NCBI RefSeq assembly: GCF_001194135.2
Contig: NC_068990.1
Location: 48,396,193-48,460,192, forward strand
DNA length: 64,000 bases
DNA from: Octopus bimaculoides
Taxonomy: Eukaryota
Direction: 5' to 3'
The stretch's first letter is position 1. Every line of letters begins with the position of its first letter. Position numbers and translations under genes: made by a program. Shown in pieces: positions 52,351 through 64,000 of the stretch. The notes beneath the pieces are model-generated. The model saw only the letters and a program-made list of their open reading frames with translations. It was not told where the DNA came from and did not search any database.

Positions 52351-54769
52351 CAAGTGATTACCAGCTGGTTGATGAAACAGCTCTCTCTCCCTCCAGCTGT
52401 CGCATCTATGATGATCCACAGAGCCAAAGGCAGGAGGGTCACATAGGCATTTTCAATAATTTGTAAATTGTGTAAGGTACATGCAACCAAGTCATGATCA
52501 CTTTCAAGTTAAGATTATGATGGTTCACTCATTAAATGAAATACCTAAGTATTTCCTTCTCTCAAATATACATCTTGCTTGATACTTAATTAGAGATGTT
52601 CATACTACTTATAAGAAAAGACTAGCCATGTTAAATTTAGTCTACTTGATTCAAGTAACTTGTTTTCAGCTTCAAACTTTTATTGGACAATTAAGTTCAA
52701 TTGTTTAACTCACCCAGTTAAATTATGTCTTTCTTAGTACAAATTTATTGCTGAGATGAACAATAATAAATACTTTATTACTCTGATATAGTTAGTGATA
52801 TAGTTGTGATTGCTTCTAATCTTAGGTTATTTGAAGATGATTTACTTAAGTAACTTAGTGCTGACATATTGTATCCATGGAACATTTTAAAAAACTCGCA
52901 AAAAAAATATTCACTAAGGAAAGTCAATATTAATCAACAACTAATCTTCTGTAATTGTCTGAGAAATGATAACTCCAAATATTTCAGTATTATTCTGACC
53001 TCATCAGCAAAGTATGTCATCACAGTATTTTTTTTTTTTTTTTTTTGTGAATGGTTTCGTCAGAGGAAGAGAGTCAGTGATCATGAAATTTTCGAATCTC
53101 CAAAACTGATGGAAGAGAGGAGGAAGTCATCCCCAAATGAAATAGAGTTCTTTAGAGAAAAACTAAGGGCTAGGTGATAATGATAAACTGAGCAAGAGAT
53201 TAAAAGTTTAAGTTCACCAGCCAAGTAACCCAAAGTAAAGATGTACAATCTTATTCATTTGCTCCCTGGTTCTTAGCATTGATTACAGTAATTGTAAACA
53301 AGGTAAGGTCACTATATCTAGTAAACAAGAGATACTGAATCAATTGGTTTACACATCAATTGAACTCAGAATCAATTGGTCTAACCATAATAGCACTAGA
53401 TTTTAAAGTTTTACTTCTTTGGAGATTCAGCATTGTCTTCATCATCATCGTTTTTATATCTGCTTTTTTCAGATGCTGTTCCTGATGCCAACTATTACTT
53501 GTTTTTCAGGTGTAAGGCACTTTATCCCATATTTCTGCATGTCAAACTGCTACCAGATGTTTTATTTAGGGGAGACATAAATATGCCATCACCTCTGAAA
53601 CAGTGTCAATACATACACAAAATTATACAGAAAAGTGTAGTTAAACAATGGGCTTCTATACAGTTTTGTTCAATCAAATTTCACTCAAAACATTGGTCAG
53701 CCCAAGATATAGTAAAGACACTTTCTCAAAGTGCCATGCAGTATGGCAAAACCCAAAGCAATTTGATGGCAAAGGTAACTTCTTCCCTTTAGAGTTAACA
53801 TCTTAACCAGACAACCATATATGCATCTAACATTGTTGTATGAAAATACTTTCAACCCAACCCAAGATTTTTTCTGCACAAGCTCTTTTGACTATACAAG
53901 AATGCCTTGATATATATGAGTTAATCTGTTCCTGGAGACCACTCATAATGTAAAGACTCATAAAGCAAAGCAATAATTCCCCATAGTAGCAATGTTGTAA
54001 ATTGTAATTCATTCCCAGAAAATTATTTTACCTATAAAATTTATAATGCTCATAAATAATGGCAATAAAACAACAGTAGAATGTAAATTATAAAGAATGT
54101 TAAGATCATTTATGATAAAAAATATTATTATTATTATTACAATTGTATTCTGAATCACTTTCACTGGCACTAGACTCGTGCACATAATCACTTGTAGATG
54201 TGATTGCTGATTCACAAGCACTCATAGATGGATTTGTAAATTTCTTCTTAAAAAACATATATCTAAATTTGTTTGCTCAGAGGCTTTTTTTGCTCCCTAT
54301 AAATTTCTCAGTAACATGCAGAAGCATTTGTTATGATAGTAGAAACTTTTGCACTTCATTCAAAATTTGCATCTTGTGCTTTAACCTTTTTATATTTATT
54401 ATAAAATAAAATTCGTAAATCTGGGGTCTCATAAAGTGGATCCTTGTAAAGTGAGGTATTACTGTATAATGTTTTTTTTTTTACTTCTTTTACAGTAACT
54501 TCTTCAAACACCTCGTGTATAAATTATATATATCACACACTAGAGCATGATGCAGTCTTGGATAATTCAGATCCAGTCAAACTGTCCAACCCATACCAGC
54601 ATGGAACATGGTGATGATGACATCTGTGTGTGTGGGGGGGTGTAATTTTATCTATTATATAAATTTAATATAAATTTATTTAAATATAAATTCATCTATA
54701 ATTATTTTCCAGGTGTTTATCTATAGTTATTTTCCAGTTGTCAGCCTTGGTCCACTAGCAGCCATTTCT

Positions 54770-54990
54770 AGCGTTTTGTTCATCAACAACATGTCTGAGG
54801 AAAGAATTACAGGACAAATTCTACTGGCAAGGCCTACAAGTAAACCTTGAATGAGATCATTGGATAATATCCATAGTCTCTGTCTTTCTTGAAGATCCAG
54901 ATGGATAATATGCTGAAGTTGCTTTTGCTAGGTGTTCTCAGACAGAACAACATTGTCCAAGATAGAAGTGTACTATTTGAGAGAGCCATT
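54770..54990 (+). mobile_element. Decayed RTE-like LINE 3' end
   Basis: NMSEERITGQILLARPTSKP*MRSLDNI resembles RM..ER....IL.......RGRPR..W.D.I. Confidence 0.45.
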
Positions 54991-57089
54991 TCTAGCAGGT
55001 CAAACAACAATGTCAAGGTTCCTTCAATGCTTCAGAATTTCTCCAGTCTTAACTAATGATGTTACCAGTATAACAGTGAGCTGGTTAGATTATGGGAAAG
55101 TTCCCAGCCATCATTCTTTGCAATAAGTTAACAACAGCTTTACAGTAGATTATACCCCCCCCCACCACCACCACCACCACCAATATACAATTACAGAATT
55201 ATCTGGTGATTCCACTATACCCACTCCAGTTCTGTAGGTTTTCAGCCATTAGGTGGAGGTTGCTATTATTCATGCTTGCAAGTTCAGGAAAAGTACTCAC
55301 ACATAGCTTACTTCTCAGTAAGTGGTTTAGTTACACTACATTGCAAATATATTGCTTGTTTACATTCAGATCCTTCTTTAGACATTTTTCACATTCATCA
55401 TCATTATAAATTCTTTCAAACTGCAATATAGAGCTGTAAAATCCTGGTGAAATTTCTGTTATCATTCCTGGCTTATTTTATTTTCTATGGAAAAAAAGTT
55501 CTTTTATCATGCATAATTCCTGCTTGAGAATAATTATAGTTCCCATAATTATAGTGGTAAATCTTATAAATAAATCATAATTAGCAGCTTGTGAATATAT
55601 TATTCATTTACACTTCAAATCATTGATTGACAATTGTGTCTAGCTGGTGATGGTAAGTCCATTTTTGATGGAATGTCCCATTTACTTTGATCAATTTCAT
55701 TTACTCCATCTTGCTTCCGAATGATAATGCTAGAAAATACATGCAATTTCTATAAATTAAGATCTGTGATGGTTGCTTCTTAGCTATATTTATTGATCAC
55801 TGATAACCACAAATCAGCAATTTTTCCCAACCAACTTGTATAAACATTTATATCTAGAGTGATAAAACAAGATAAAAACTCTCCATAAATTTTCTTATGT
55901 GCTTAGTTTTGAAGGTGTTAATTCTTGTTATTAGCTTTTGTGTGCATGCATGCATGTACATATGTAAAACATCTTATGAAATACATGTGTTTAAACATGG
56001 ATTGTATTTTACAATGGAATGTGTTTTTATAGTGAACTAGTTGCTTAAAACAGCTAACAAATCAAATTAACTTACACATTTTTGTAAAATTTTCCCATTA
56101 AAGTTTTTATTCCTTTTAATCCATTTATTATTTCACATTTTAAAGAGTAAAAACCAAAGAAATATTAGAACTCAAAATAAGTTATGCCTAGTTCAATGTG
56201 CAAGCAAATATTAAAAAATTCCAATCTAAAGGACAAATAATTTAACAAGAAAAAAACATTATCTTAATACATTTTCAGAAAAAAATCAACAATTAATTTC
56301 CTTTGACTGATTGAATTTTTTTCTTGAATTAAAATCAGTTTTTGTTAGATTATGATTGTGACCTGAAACTTTGTAATTTTTCACAATTTTTATTTATTTA
56401 CTAATTTCAAGCATATGCACACTCATTTACACGTCTTTTATAATAGACTTCAATTTATTTTTGTGCTACAAAAATGCATTCAACACAAGTAAGCATGCAT
56501 TAAGGGATTATTCATATGACAACAATGTTGCAAATTGAATTACTTTAGATTCATGTTGTCAGTATTTCAGGGTATTAGTTTGTGGTTCGACAGTCTTGGG
56601 AAATATTGATAAATACAAGAATAAATTTATCAAATAATTAATATTTTAAAAATTGAAAAGTAGTATTTAAATATGAGCAGAGAAAATGTAAATCATATAA
56701 TTGTGTATCTTTATTTCATTATTAAATGTTTCCTTCCTGTTGTATGAACAAAAATAAACATTACACTTCTATACAATACAATCAATACTGTTTCTATCGT
56801 AGAAGTCTTCATCCTTTCCAGAAATAAGTTCTTATGAGGTCAGCTTGTTCTTCCATTTGTTCTATATTAATAAACTAACTACTAGGAATATAAGATATTA
56901 GACAAGTAATAAAACTACTCATAGCGCCAAAAGATATCCACTGTTACTTCTATATATTTATTAGCATTATTTATCATGCTTTAAAATATCACAACAGAAA
57001 GCAGTTTCATAAAATTTCAGTCACTATAATTTTAAAATTAATCAGTGTTTTGAACATTATCATCATCATCATCATCATTATTATTATTA

Positions 57090-57279
57090 AGGCAACTAGT
57101 GGATACAATCATTAGTGTGCCAGACCAAATGCAACATTTCTTCTGGTTCTGAGTTCAAATACCACAGAGGTCAACTTTGCCTTTTATNNNNNNNNNNGGG
57201 GGGGGGGTTGATGTAATTAAATTGTCCCCCACCTCTCAAAATTGCTGGCCTTGTACCAAAATTAGTAAGAATTATTATT

Positions 57280-57327
<48 letters not shown>

Positions 57328-57525
57328 AAGTTTCAAATTTTTCCACAAGGGGAATGTGTCGATTACATCGACACCAGTGTTTCATTGGTACTTAATTTAT
57401 CGACCCTGAAAGGATGAAAAGCAAAGTCAACCTTGGTAGAATTTGAACTCAGAACACGAAGACATGAAATACTGTTAAGCATTTCACCTGGAGAGATAAC
57501 GGTTCTGCCAGCTCACTGCCTTAAT
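57090..57525. mobile_element. Two SINE family A copies tail-to-tail around a (TAA)n tract
   Basis: + copy ~57090-57265 (contains a 10-N gap), (TAA)n ~57283-57325, - copy ~57326-57525. Confidence 0.8.
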
Positions 57526-57699
57526 AATAATAATAATGATAATTATAATAAGTAAAAACATCCCAGTTTAGTACAGCTCCAGAGAACAGTGTTATTAGGG
57601 ACAGCTAGGATCCTTAGGAGGGTTCTTGGCATCTAAAGTTACTTGTAGCCAGATATTATGATTTTTTTTGTTTTCCAACAGTCTAATGAATAAGAAAAT

Positions 57700-57960
57700 G
57701 ATGATGATGATGAATAATTTAACTGAAAGTTCCAAACAGAAGGACTATGGAGAAGGAGAAATAGGGATGAAAGGAATGAATTTACTTCAGACTTAAAAGA
57801 GTTCAGGTCATAAGAAGGGGAAAGTCTGGCAGTTTGAGGGAAAAAGCTACAATAGTAGAAAGACTTCTTTATTTGTGGAAGCACAACAGCATTTGGATGA
57901 AGGTGCTGTAAATTTCAAGTCAAATGAGATGGCACAAAAAGATCTAGAACCGAGAGAGAA
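57700..57960 (-). mobile_element. CR1/Jockey-group LINE extreme 3' end
   Basis: SFYYCSFFPQTARL..SYDLNSFKSEVNSFL resembles SFFPRTARLWNSLP...Y.LNSFK..VN..L. Confidence 0.65.
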
Positions 57961-58658
57961 CATTTATCAGAGCACTTCCATTGGTAGTAACAATAAAAAA
58001 AAAAGACTAAGACTGACGACATCACATCACTGTGACAAAGGATACAGAGTTATCATCTTCATCGTCATCGTCATTGAGGGTGATGTTATTATTTTGCAGG
58101 TTGCTAGAAACAATAGAGTGCTGTTGAGTTAAATACTCTGTAGTTTTTAATCATATGCCTCTTTATATTCTAAGTTCTAATATGCACTAGTAGTACACCA
58201 TGATGTTTCAATTGCCTATAACCCACCTTTACAAATTTATAACCTTGAGCTAATGTAAGAAAATATTATCAACATCACTGTCATTATTTTATGAAAAAAA
58301 TTAATATTTAAATTCATATAAGCAAAATACAATTTGCTGAGAATATCTTATAAGCAACATACAACATGGGATCTAAAAGATCATATGTTACATGGATTCT
58401 AAATTCAGAAAAGTGAATTAACTATCTAATGGAGATAAAGTTACACTTACCAGGTCAATTTTAAATACAGAATGTTGTCTGTGTAAATAAGACTTCGAAA
58501 ATAAAAGAGATACACAGTTAATACTTCCCTTCCCTAACCTGTATATTGGCTGATGATTAGATACAAATAACAACAGGTATGTTGCAGAAATCATGCTTAT
58601 CAAGCCATTGACCTAAACTTTGAACAAAAAGATAACAATGTAGTTTCTTATACCTATC

Positions 58659-58762
<104 letters not shown>

Positions 58763-60548
58763 TCATGGTCACTTTGATTTAACTTTTAAATAAATATCAC
58801 CTTGTTTTGTCAAGGTGACATGAGTTAGCTAGCTCTGAAGAATAATGTATTCGTCAATGTCTTTCTAACATTTATTTACAAAGTGTGACTTGCTGCAACA
58901 CAATTTAAGTGCCTTACAAAACATCAACCTTCACTAGTCCGTTTATGTAAATTTTCACAGGGTACACATTCTCTAAGCCAGTGACTCCCAATTTTTTGTC
59001 TTTTTTGCCTCACAGTGTACTTTACAGCAAATATGAATATATTGACAAATTCTGCTATATATTAAAAAAAAATGGTATTAGTATATCGTAGTTAGGCCTA
59101 TAAACTTAAATTAATCTACAGAAATTAATTAAGCACTTATTTATTCAATAAATGATGCATAATTATCAATAATTTGAGTTCATATTTCTCACAATTTTCA
59201 AATGTAAGTTTATTATTTTCATAGTGCACCTAGCTACATAAATGCATTGCATTGTACATTTTAGGGTCTACTGCTGTATGCACAATGTAAGTGCATATCA
59301 ACACAAGCAACTCAACTACAGAGCAAGCTTGATAGTTCTTATGATGAGTAACATTTCAATATTATTTGTACTCTTAACACCTAAAGTCATTTATCTGTTT
59401 CCTAATCTTTCAAAGTCTTAGATTTCTTTGCTCTTGTGAGTTACAATGCAGTCTCACTAGCACTATGCTATGATAAAATGCCAACTGTAAAGTGGTTGGT
59501 AAATCAAGCAGAGACAATATAGGAACAAAAGAACTCTTTGAGCTTGCTAAGGACATGACAACTTCGCTAGTGTTGGTGACACAATAAAGTGCATCCAGTA
59601 CACTCTGCAAATTGGTTTCAGTTAAGAAGGGTGTCCAGCTGTAGAAACTGTTTCATAACTGAGATATCTGAGCAAGATATAGTCCTCCGACCTATCTTCG
59701 AGGCTTAGAGGACCATGTCTTTCAAAAAAGAAATGATCTGGACTATTCAACTCATAGCAGCATGAGAAATTCAGATATGACAATAATCATGACATACAAA
59801 CGATCACTCATAGCGTGTCACCCAAAAGACATTATTTTCTATGTCCTGATAATTACCTACCTTCTTTGAAACTTTTTGTCATCAATCAAAAGCACAATTC
59901 CTTAAACATATTTCTCTCAATCTAGCTATCCATATTTCTATCAAGCCAATTAGAAAACTTCTAGATAGTTATTCAATCTGTTAGAAATAGCAGCTAAATC
60001 TGCCTCAACTCTCATCATACCCTCTTGAAAAAATACAGTCATAAACATCCCTGAAAGATGTCTAAGACCATAAGTCTATCAGATCAGGGTTGAATGAAAC
60101 TAAACAACAACCATAGTATTGATTCAACATCAAAATATTGACAAGGTGAATATATACATTCAAGGAATATTGCTATTAGATATTTATACCCTGTTCCTAG
60201 ATATTTTGCATATTTTTTGCATTATTTATAAACACAGGTACAACATACCTGTGTGATTGAAGAGTTCAGTTTGCAACTACATGCTTTGGAGTTTAATCTT
60301 ATTGTGCATTATCTTACTGATGTGTGTTCTGCTGTATTAATGACATGTAAGTGTTGTTTGATAAACAAAAACTCTGCAAAATTTATCAGATGTGTGAGTG
60401 TGGGCACAAGACTGTGTACATGTGAATGTGTGTTAGTGTGAGTAAAGGTATGTGTGGGTGGGTGTATGCTTGTGTTTAACTGTGCAAAACAACGTGTTAA
60501 GTCACCTCCTTTTACATCAACTGGTAAATTAACTATCATATATATATA

Positions 60549-61822
60549 CAGGGTGTGATGGGTAAATTGTCGTCATTTTATATTTTTAATTTTACGCATA
60601 TGCATTGTTTGTTTTTGATTTTGTCAACAACACAGTATAGTAGGGTCAGTTGGGCACCGTCTGTGAGAAAAGCAACACCATGATGTAATTCACTCTGCCA
60701 GACATTTGGAAACGACATGCTGTACTGCTTGGCATTTGCACTGGAAGCTCCAATATAAACATTTCATAGTATTTGGGTGTCAATCTGAAGACAGTGCAGA
60801 GGATTCAGAAAGAGTTGGATGAGTTCAATGGTGATTATGAAGGTATGGCAGCTTGGAAAACTTACTCTGATTGTTCTGATAAGAAAAGAACTGAATTTGT
60901 TGGTGAGATCCAGGCCATGATTGACAACCATCCCTCCAAGTCAATCAGATCCATTGCCAGGGACATGGGAGTGTCTGAGTTTCTTATCAGGCAGCTAGTG
61001 CCTGAAGACATTCAGTATTCTTCATACAAGATGAGAAAGGGTCAATTTTTATCCCAAGTCATAACGGACAAGAGGAAAGGCCATACTATGAAGCTTTTTG
61101 ACAAACTCAAGCATCCCCTCCAACTGAACATGTTTTAGGTTTTCTCAGACGAGAAAATTTCTGCCAGAATCAGATGCTGTGTCCCCAAAACATGTACTGA
61201 GAGAGATAAAAATCAAACATCCCATCAACATCATGGTGTTTGGAGTGATTACTAGTGATGGCGACCTTATGCCTCCATTCATCTTCCCACACGGCCTCAC
61301 ACTCAACACAGAGGCCAACATCAAGTGCCTAGAGGAGGTAATGCTGCCCTGGGTTAAGAGGGAGGCTGCTGGAAGACCTTATGTCTGGTAACAGGACTCT
61401 GCACCATGCCACACAAGCAGGAGAACCTAGTCATGGCTATCAGACAATTTCTGCGACCACATCACCTCTAACATCTGGCCATCTAACTCCCCAGACTGCT
61501 ACCCTCTTGATTATCATGTGTGGGGTGCAGTTGAGCAAGAGACCAACAAAACTCCTTGTAACACACCAAAGATGAACAGAAGGCAAGGATTATGGCAACA
61601 TTCACCAACTTAAACAAGGAAACTGTCCAAAAGAGTTGCAAGAGATTCTGATGTCATCTGGAGGCCATGGTTGAAGCCAATGGCAATTTTATTGAATAAA
61701 TTTACTCTTTAGTATTTCAAGATATTTTTATATAATTTATGTAAATATATCCATTACAATGAGATATCAGTGTTATCTTCATTTTTGCATAATTTAGACA
61801 ACAATTTATTCACTGCATCCTG
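60549..61822 (+). mobile_element. Near full-length but inactivated Tc1/mariner maT (DD37D) transposon
   Basis: Decayed TIR cagggtgtgatgggtaaattgt / cagga tgcagtgaataaattgt; FSDEK, MVFGVITSDG, W*QDSAPCH...WPSNSPDCYPLD with 37 residues between the 2nd and 3rd Asp; frameshifts and stops. Confidence 0.9.
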
Positions 61823-61981
61823 CATATATATATGTATATGTGTTTATATATATATATGTATGTATTTATTATGTATGTATGTGCATATATATGTGTATGT
61901 GTGTATATATACATATGTATATATATATATGTGTGTGTGTGTGTAAGTGAAAAATGGAAGATAGAATATATGAGAATTTAT

Positions 61982-62074
61982 TATTAAACATGACAATTGT
62001 TTCAACACATCTAGCATCGATCCCTCTCGTTCATGAGCACCAGCAGTGCAGATGTGTCTCATTGGGTGATAAAT
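61982..62074 (-). ncRNA. Decayed type I hammerhead ribozyme (PLE-type, palindromic stem III)
   Basis: CCAAUGA (consensus CUGAUGA), stem II gacacatct/agatgtgtt, GAAA-CAAUUG-UC, partial stem I. Confidence 0.65.
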
Positions 62075-62860
62075 AGACACAACTTGTTAAAATAACAGTT
62101 CTCATTTCATAGAAAACAAAAGAAATATCTTCATTTACATAGAAGATCAAAAATAAAATCTCTGATACAAAAAAGAAACACACATGCAATACAATGAGAA
62201 AAGTATTAAAAATAACCATTAACAAATATGGATGTATAAACACCTTTGCACAAGCTGCATGGCATGTGTACACTCGCTCATACAAGCATCCACAAAAATG
62301 TAAGCATACGTACACGTGTGGTTTGGTGCACTCACAATCACAAAGTGAGTTAAATATCTACTTGGTGTTTATAAGAATGGGGAGGTTAAAAGTAAAGTTA
62401 ATTCATCCATACCTTGACGTAAATTTGTTAACAGTTACTCGAATTCATTCCCACTACATTTTGTGAAAGTACATCTATATGTATGTAGGCATCTTGAGAG
62501 TCTTTCAGAAATTCTATTTATGATCTTCTCATTAGTCCACAGAATAAACAGGGATCCCTTGGAGCAGAGACGGTATCTCCTGGAAATTATATTGTATGGT
62601 TTCACATGCCTTACTATGGACCAAGTTATGCTGTACTTAATATTATCTTCCTTTAGTTGCCATACAAAATCAGCCAAAGATGTTGAATGTCTCTTATTGA
62701 TTGTCTTAAAGTTGGCGACATGGTTATGATAATGATTCTTAAATGAATCAGCCGTCTGCCTAATGTAAACATACGGCCCTCCCCTTGTGTGCACGGTACA
62801 TTTATATACAAGATTTGTACTCCTACAGAGATTCATCAAAGGACAGGCATTTTTTTTTTT
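61982..62860 (-). mobile_element. Penelope-like element 3' end: GIY-YIG endonuclease plus 3' pLTR
   Basis: CPLMNLCRSTNLVYKCTV...VYIRQTADSFKNHYHNH...STSLADFVWQLK...YSITWSIV...CLH; decayed hammerhead at the 3' end. Confidence 0.88.
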
Positions 62861-63147
62861 TAATTTTAGTTCCTATAAGTGATTTCTACCATTCTATAAA
62901 CTTTGACTTTTGACTGTCTTCTTGCATTTCACTTCCACTAAATATATCTACTTCCATACCTTTAAGCTTTATTCTAATTCTCTATTAGTTTTCTGCTAAT
63001 TTCTTTCTTTCTCCTCCTTCTCTTTCTATAAACTACTTTGACATTGTATCTACTAACAGTTTTTTTTTTAAAACTTGCTAGAGTTCTCTTCATCATATAC
63101 ACAGTCATCACATTCTGTTAAAATATCTTATTGATGTGTTTGGTTGC

Positions 63148-63243
63148 TTTCTTTTCCTGATCAGAAGATTGCATTGTTTTACACCATTTTATTCCTTCTG
63201 GAATAATACCAATGTTTTCTTCGAAACATACATTGGAAATAAA
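63148..63243 (+). ncRNA. Decayed type I hammerhead ribozyme
   Basis: Stem I tttcttttc/ggaaataaa (8 of 9 pairs), CUGAUCA, stem II gaaga..cattg/caatg..tcttc, intact C-GAAA, stem III catacatt (reads as cgtacgtc with CpG decay). Confidence 0.62.
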
Positions 63244-63441
63244 AAGATTTAAATAACACCTGCATTTAACTCTATTTATTTATCTATATTATTCAAAAAC
63301 ATTTTACCTAAACCTGGATTTTCTACCTTTATAAGTAGGTTGTTACATCCTTTAGTACTTGTGTGAATTTTTGCTACTCTGGTAACTATTTATTTATTTT
63401 TTCTGTGTTATTTGTAAACACTGAAAAAACACACAGGTATT

Positions 63442-63472
<31 letters not shown>

Positions 63473-63520
63473 ATATATATATATATACACACATACATAT
63501 ATATATATATACACACATAC

Positions 63521-63551
<31 letters not shown>

Positions 63552-63553
<2 letters not shown>

Positions 63554-63823
63554 CCACCAGTCTGGCTCCTGTGCAGGTGGAACATAAAATACACCATTTT
63601 GAGCATGGCTGTTGCCAGTACTGCTTGACTGGCCTTCATGACAGTGGCACATAAAAGCACCCACTACACTCTCGGAGTGGTTGGCGTTAGGAAGGGCGTC
63701 CAGCTGTAGAAACTCTGCCAAATCAGATAGGAGCCTGGCGTAGCCATCTGGTTTGCCAGTCCTCAGTCAAATCGTCCAACCCATGCTAGCATGGAAAGCG
63801 GACATTAAAGAACGATGATGATA
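63552..63823 (+). mobile_element. RTE-type 3' UTR / SINE family C copy with (GAT)n tail
   Basis: gtggcacataaaagcacc ... gttggcgttaggaagggcgtccagctgtagaaac ... caacccatgctagcatggaaagcggacattaa..gatgatgat; fragments also at ~28720-28930(-), ~54570, ~59600. Confidence 0.8.
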
Positions 63824-63839
63824 TATATATATGTATATA

Positions 63840-64000
63840 GGTGCAGGAGTGGTTGTGTGGTAAGTAGCTTGCTTACCAACCACATGGTTCTGGGTTCAGT
63901 CCCACTGTGTGGCATCTTGGGCAAGTGTTTTCTACTATAGCCTCGGGCCGACCAAAGCCTTGTGAGTGGATTTGGTAGACGGAAACTGAAAGAAGCCCAT
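63840..64000 (+). mobile_element. SINE family B head (runs off the window)
   Basis: tgtggtaagtagcttgc, gggttcagtccc, cttgggcaag, gtggatttggtagacgg. Confidence 0.88.

Noticed and set aside
55610-55730. Minus-strand acceptor followed by IIIRKQDGVNEIDQSKWDIPSKMDLPSPARHNCQSMI*
   Set aside because: Protein-like, but no donor and no way to link it to other exons; left unannotated

Overview
AT-rich eukaryotic (animal) genomic DNA with six N-gaps. The SINE families, microsatellite load and transposon mix look like a coleoid cephalopod such as Octopus (inference from remembered repeat families, not a search). Most of the window is intronic or intergenic sequence around a minus-strand gene I cannot name: one 861-nt Ser-rich exon with clean splice sites (23190-24050), a probable last exon (607-825) and several weak small-exon candidates. 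The rest is a dense set of decayed transposons: CR1-like and RTE-like LINEs, a Gypsy pol fragment with a nested Tc1, a maT (DD37D) element, hAT-Charlie, Merlin, a HERO-like RLE retroelement, a Penelope GIY-YIG 3' end, several SINE families, MITEs and long palindromes. The most notable finds are three type I hammerhead ribozyme motifs. One has an intact catalytic core (33383-33451, + strand) and sits between an inverted repeat and a ~400-bp palindrome. Two are decayed and Penelope-associated (61982-62074 minus; 63148-63243 plus). No CRISPR, rRNA or intact tRNA gene was seen. Repeat boundaries were read by eye and are approximate unless a TSD or TIR is quoted.
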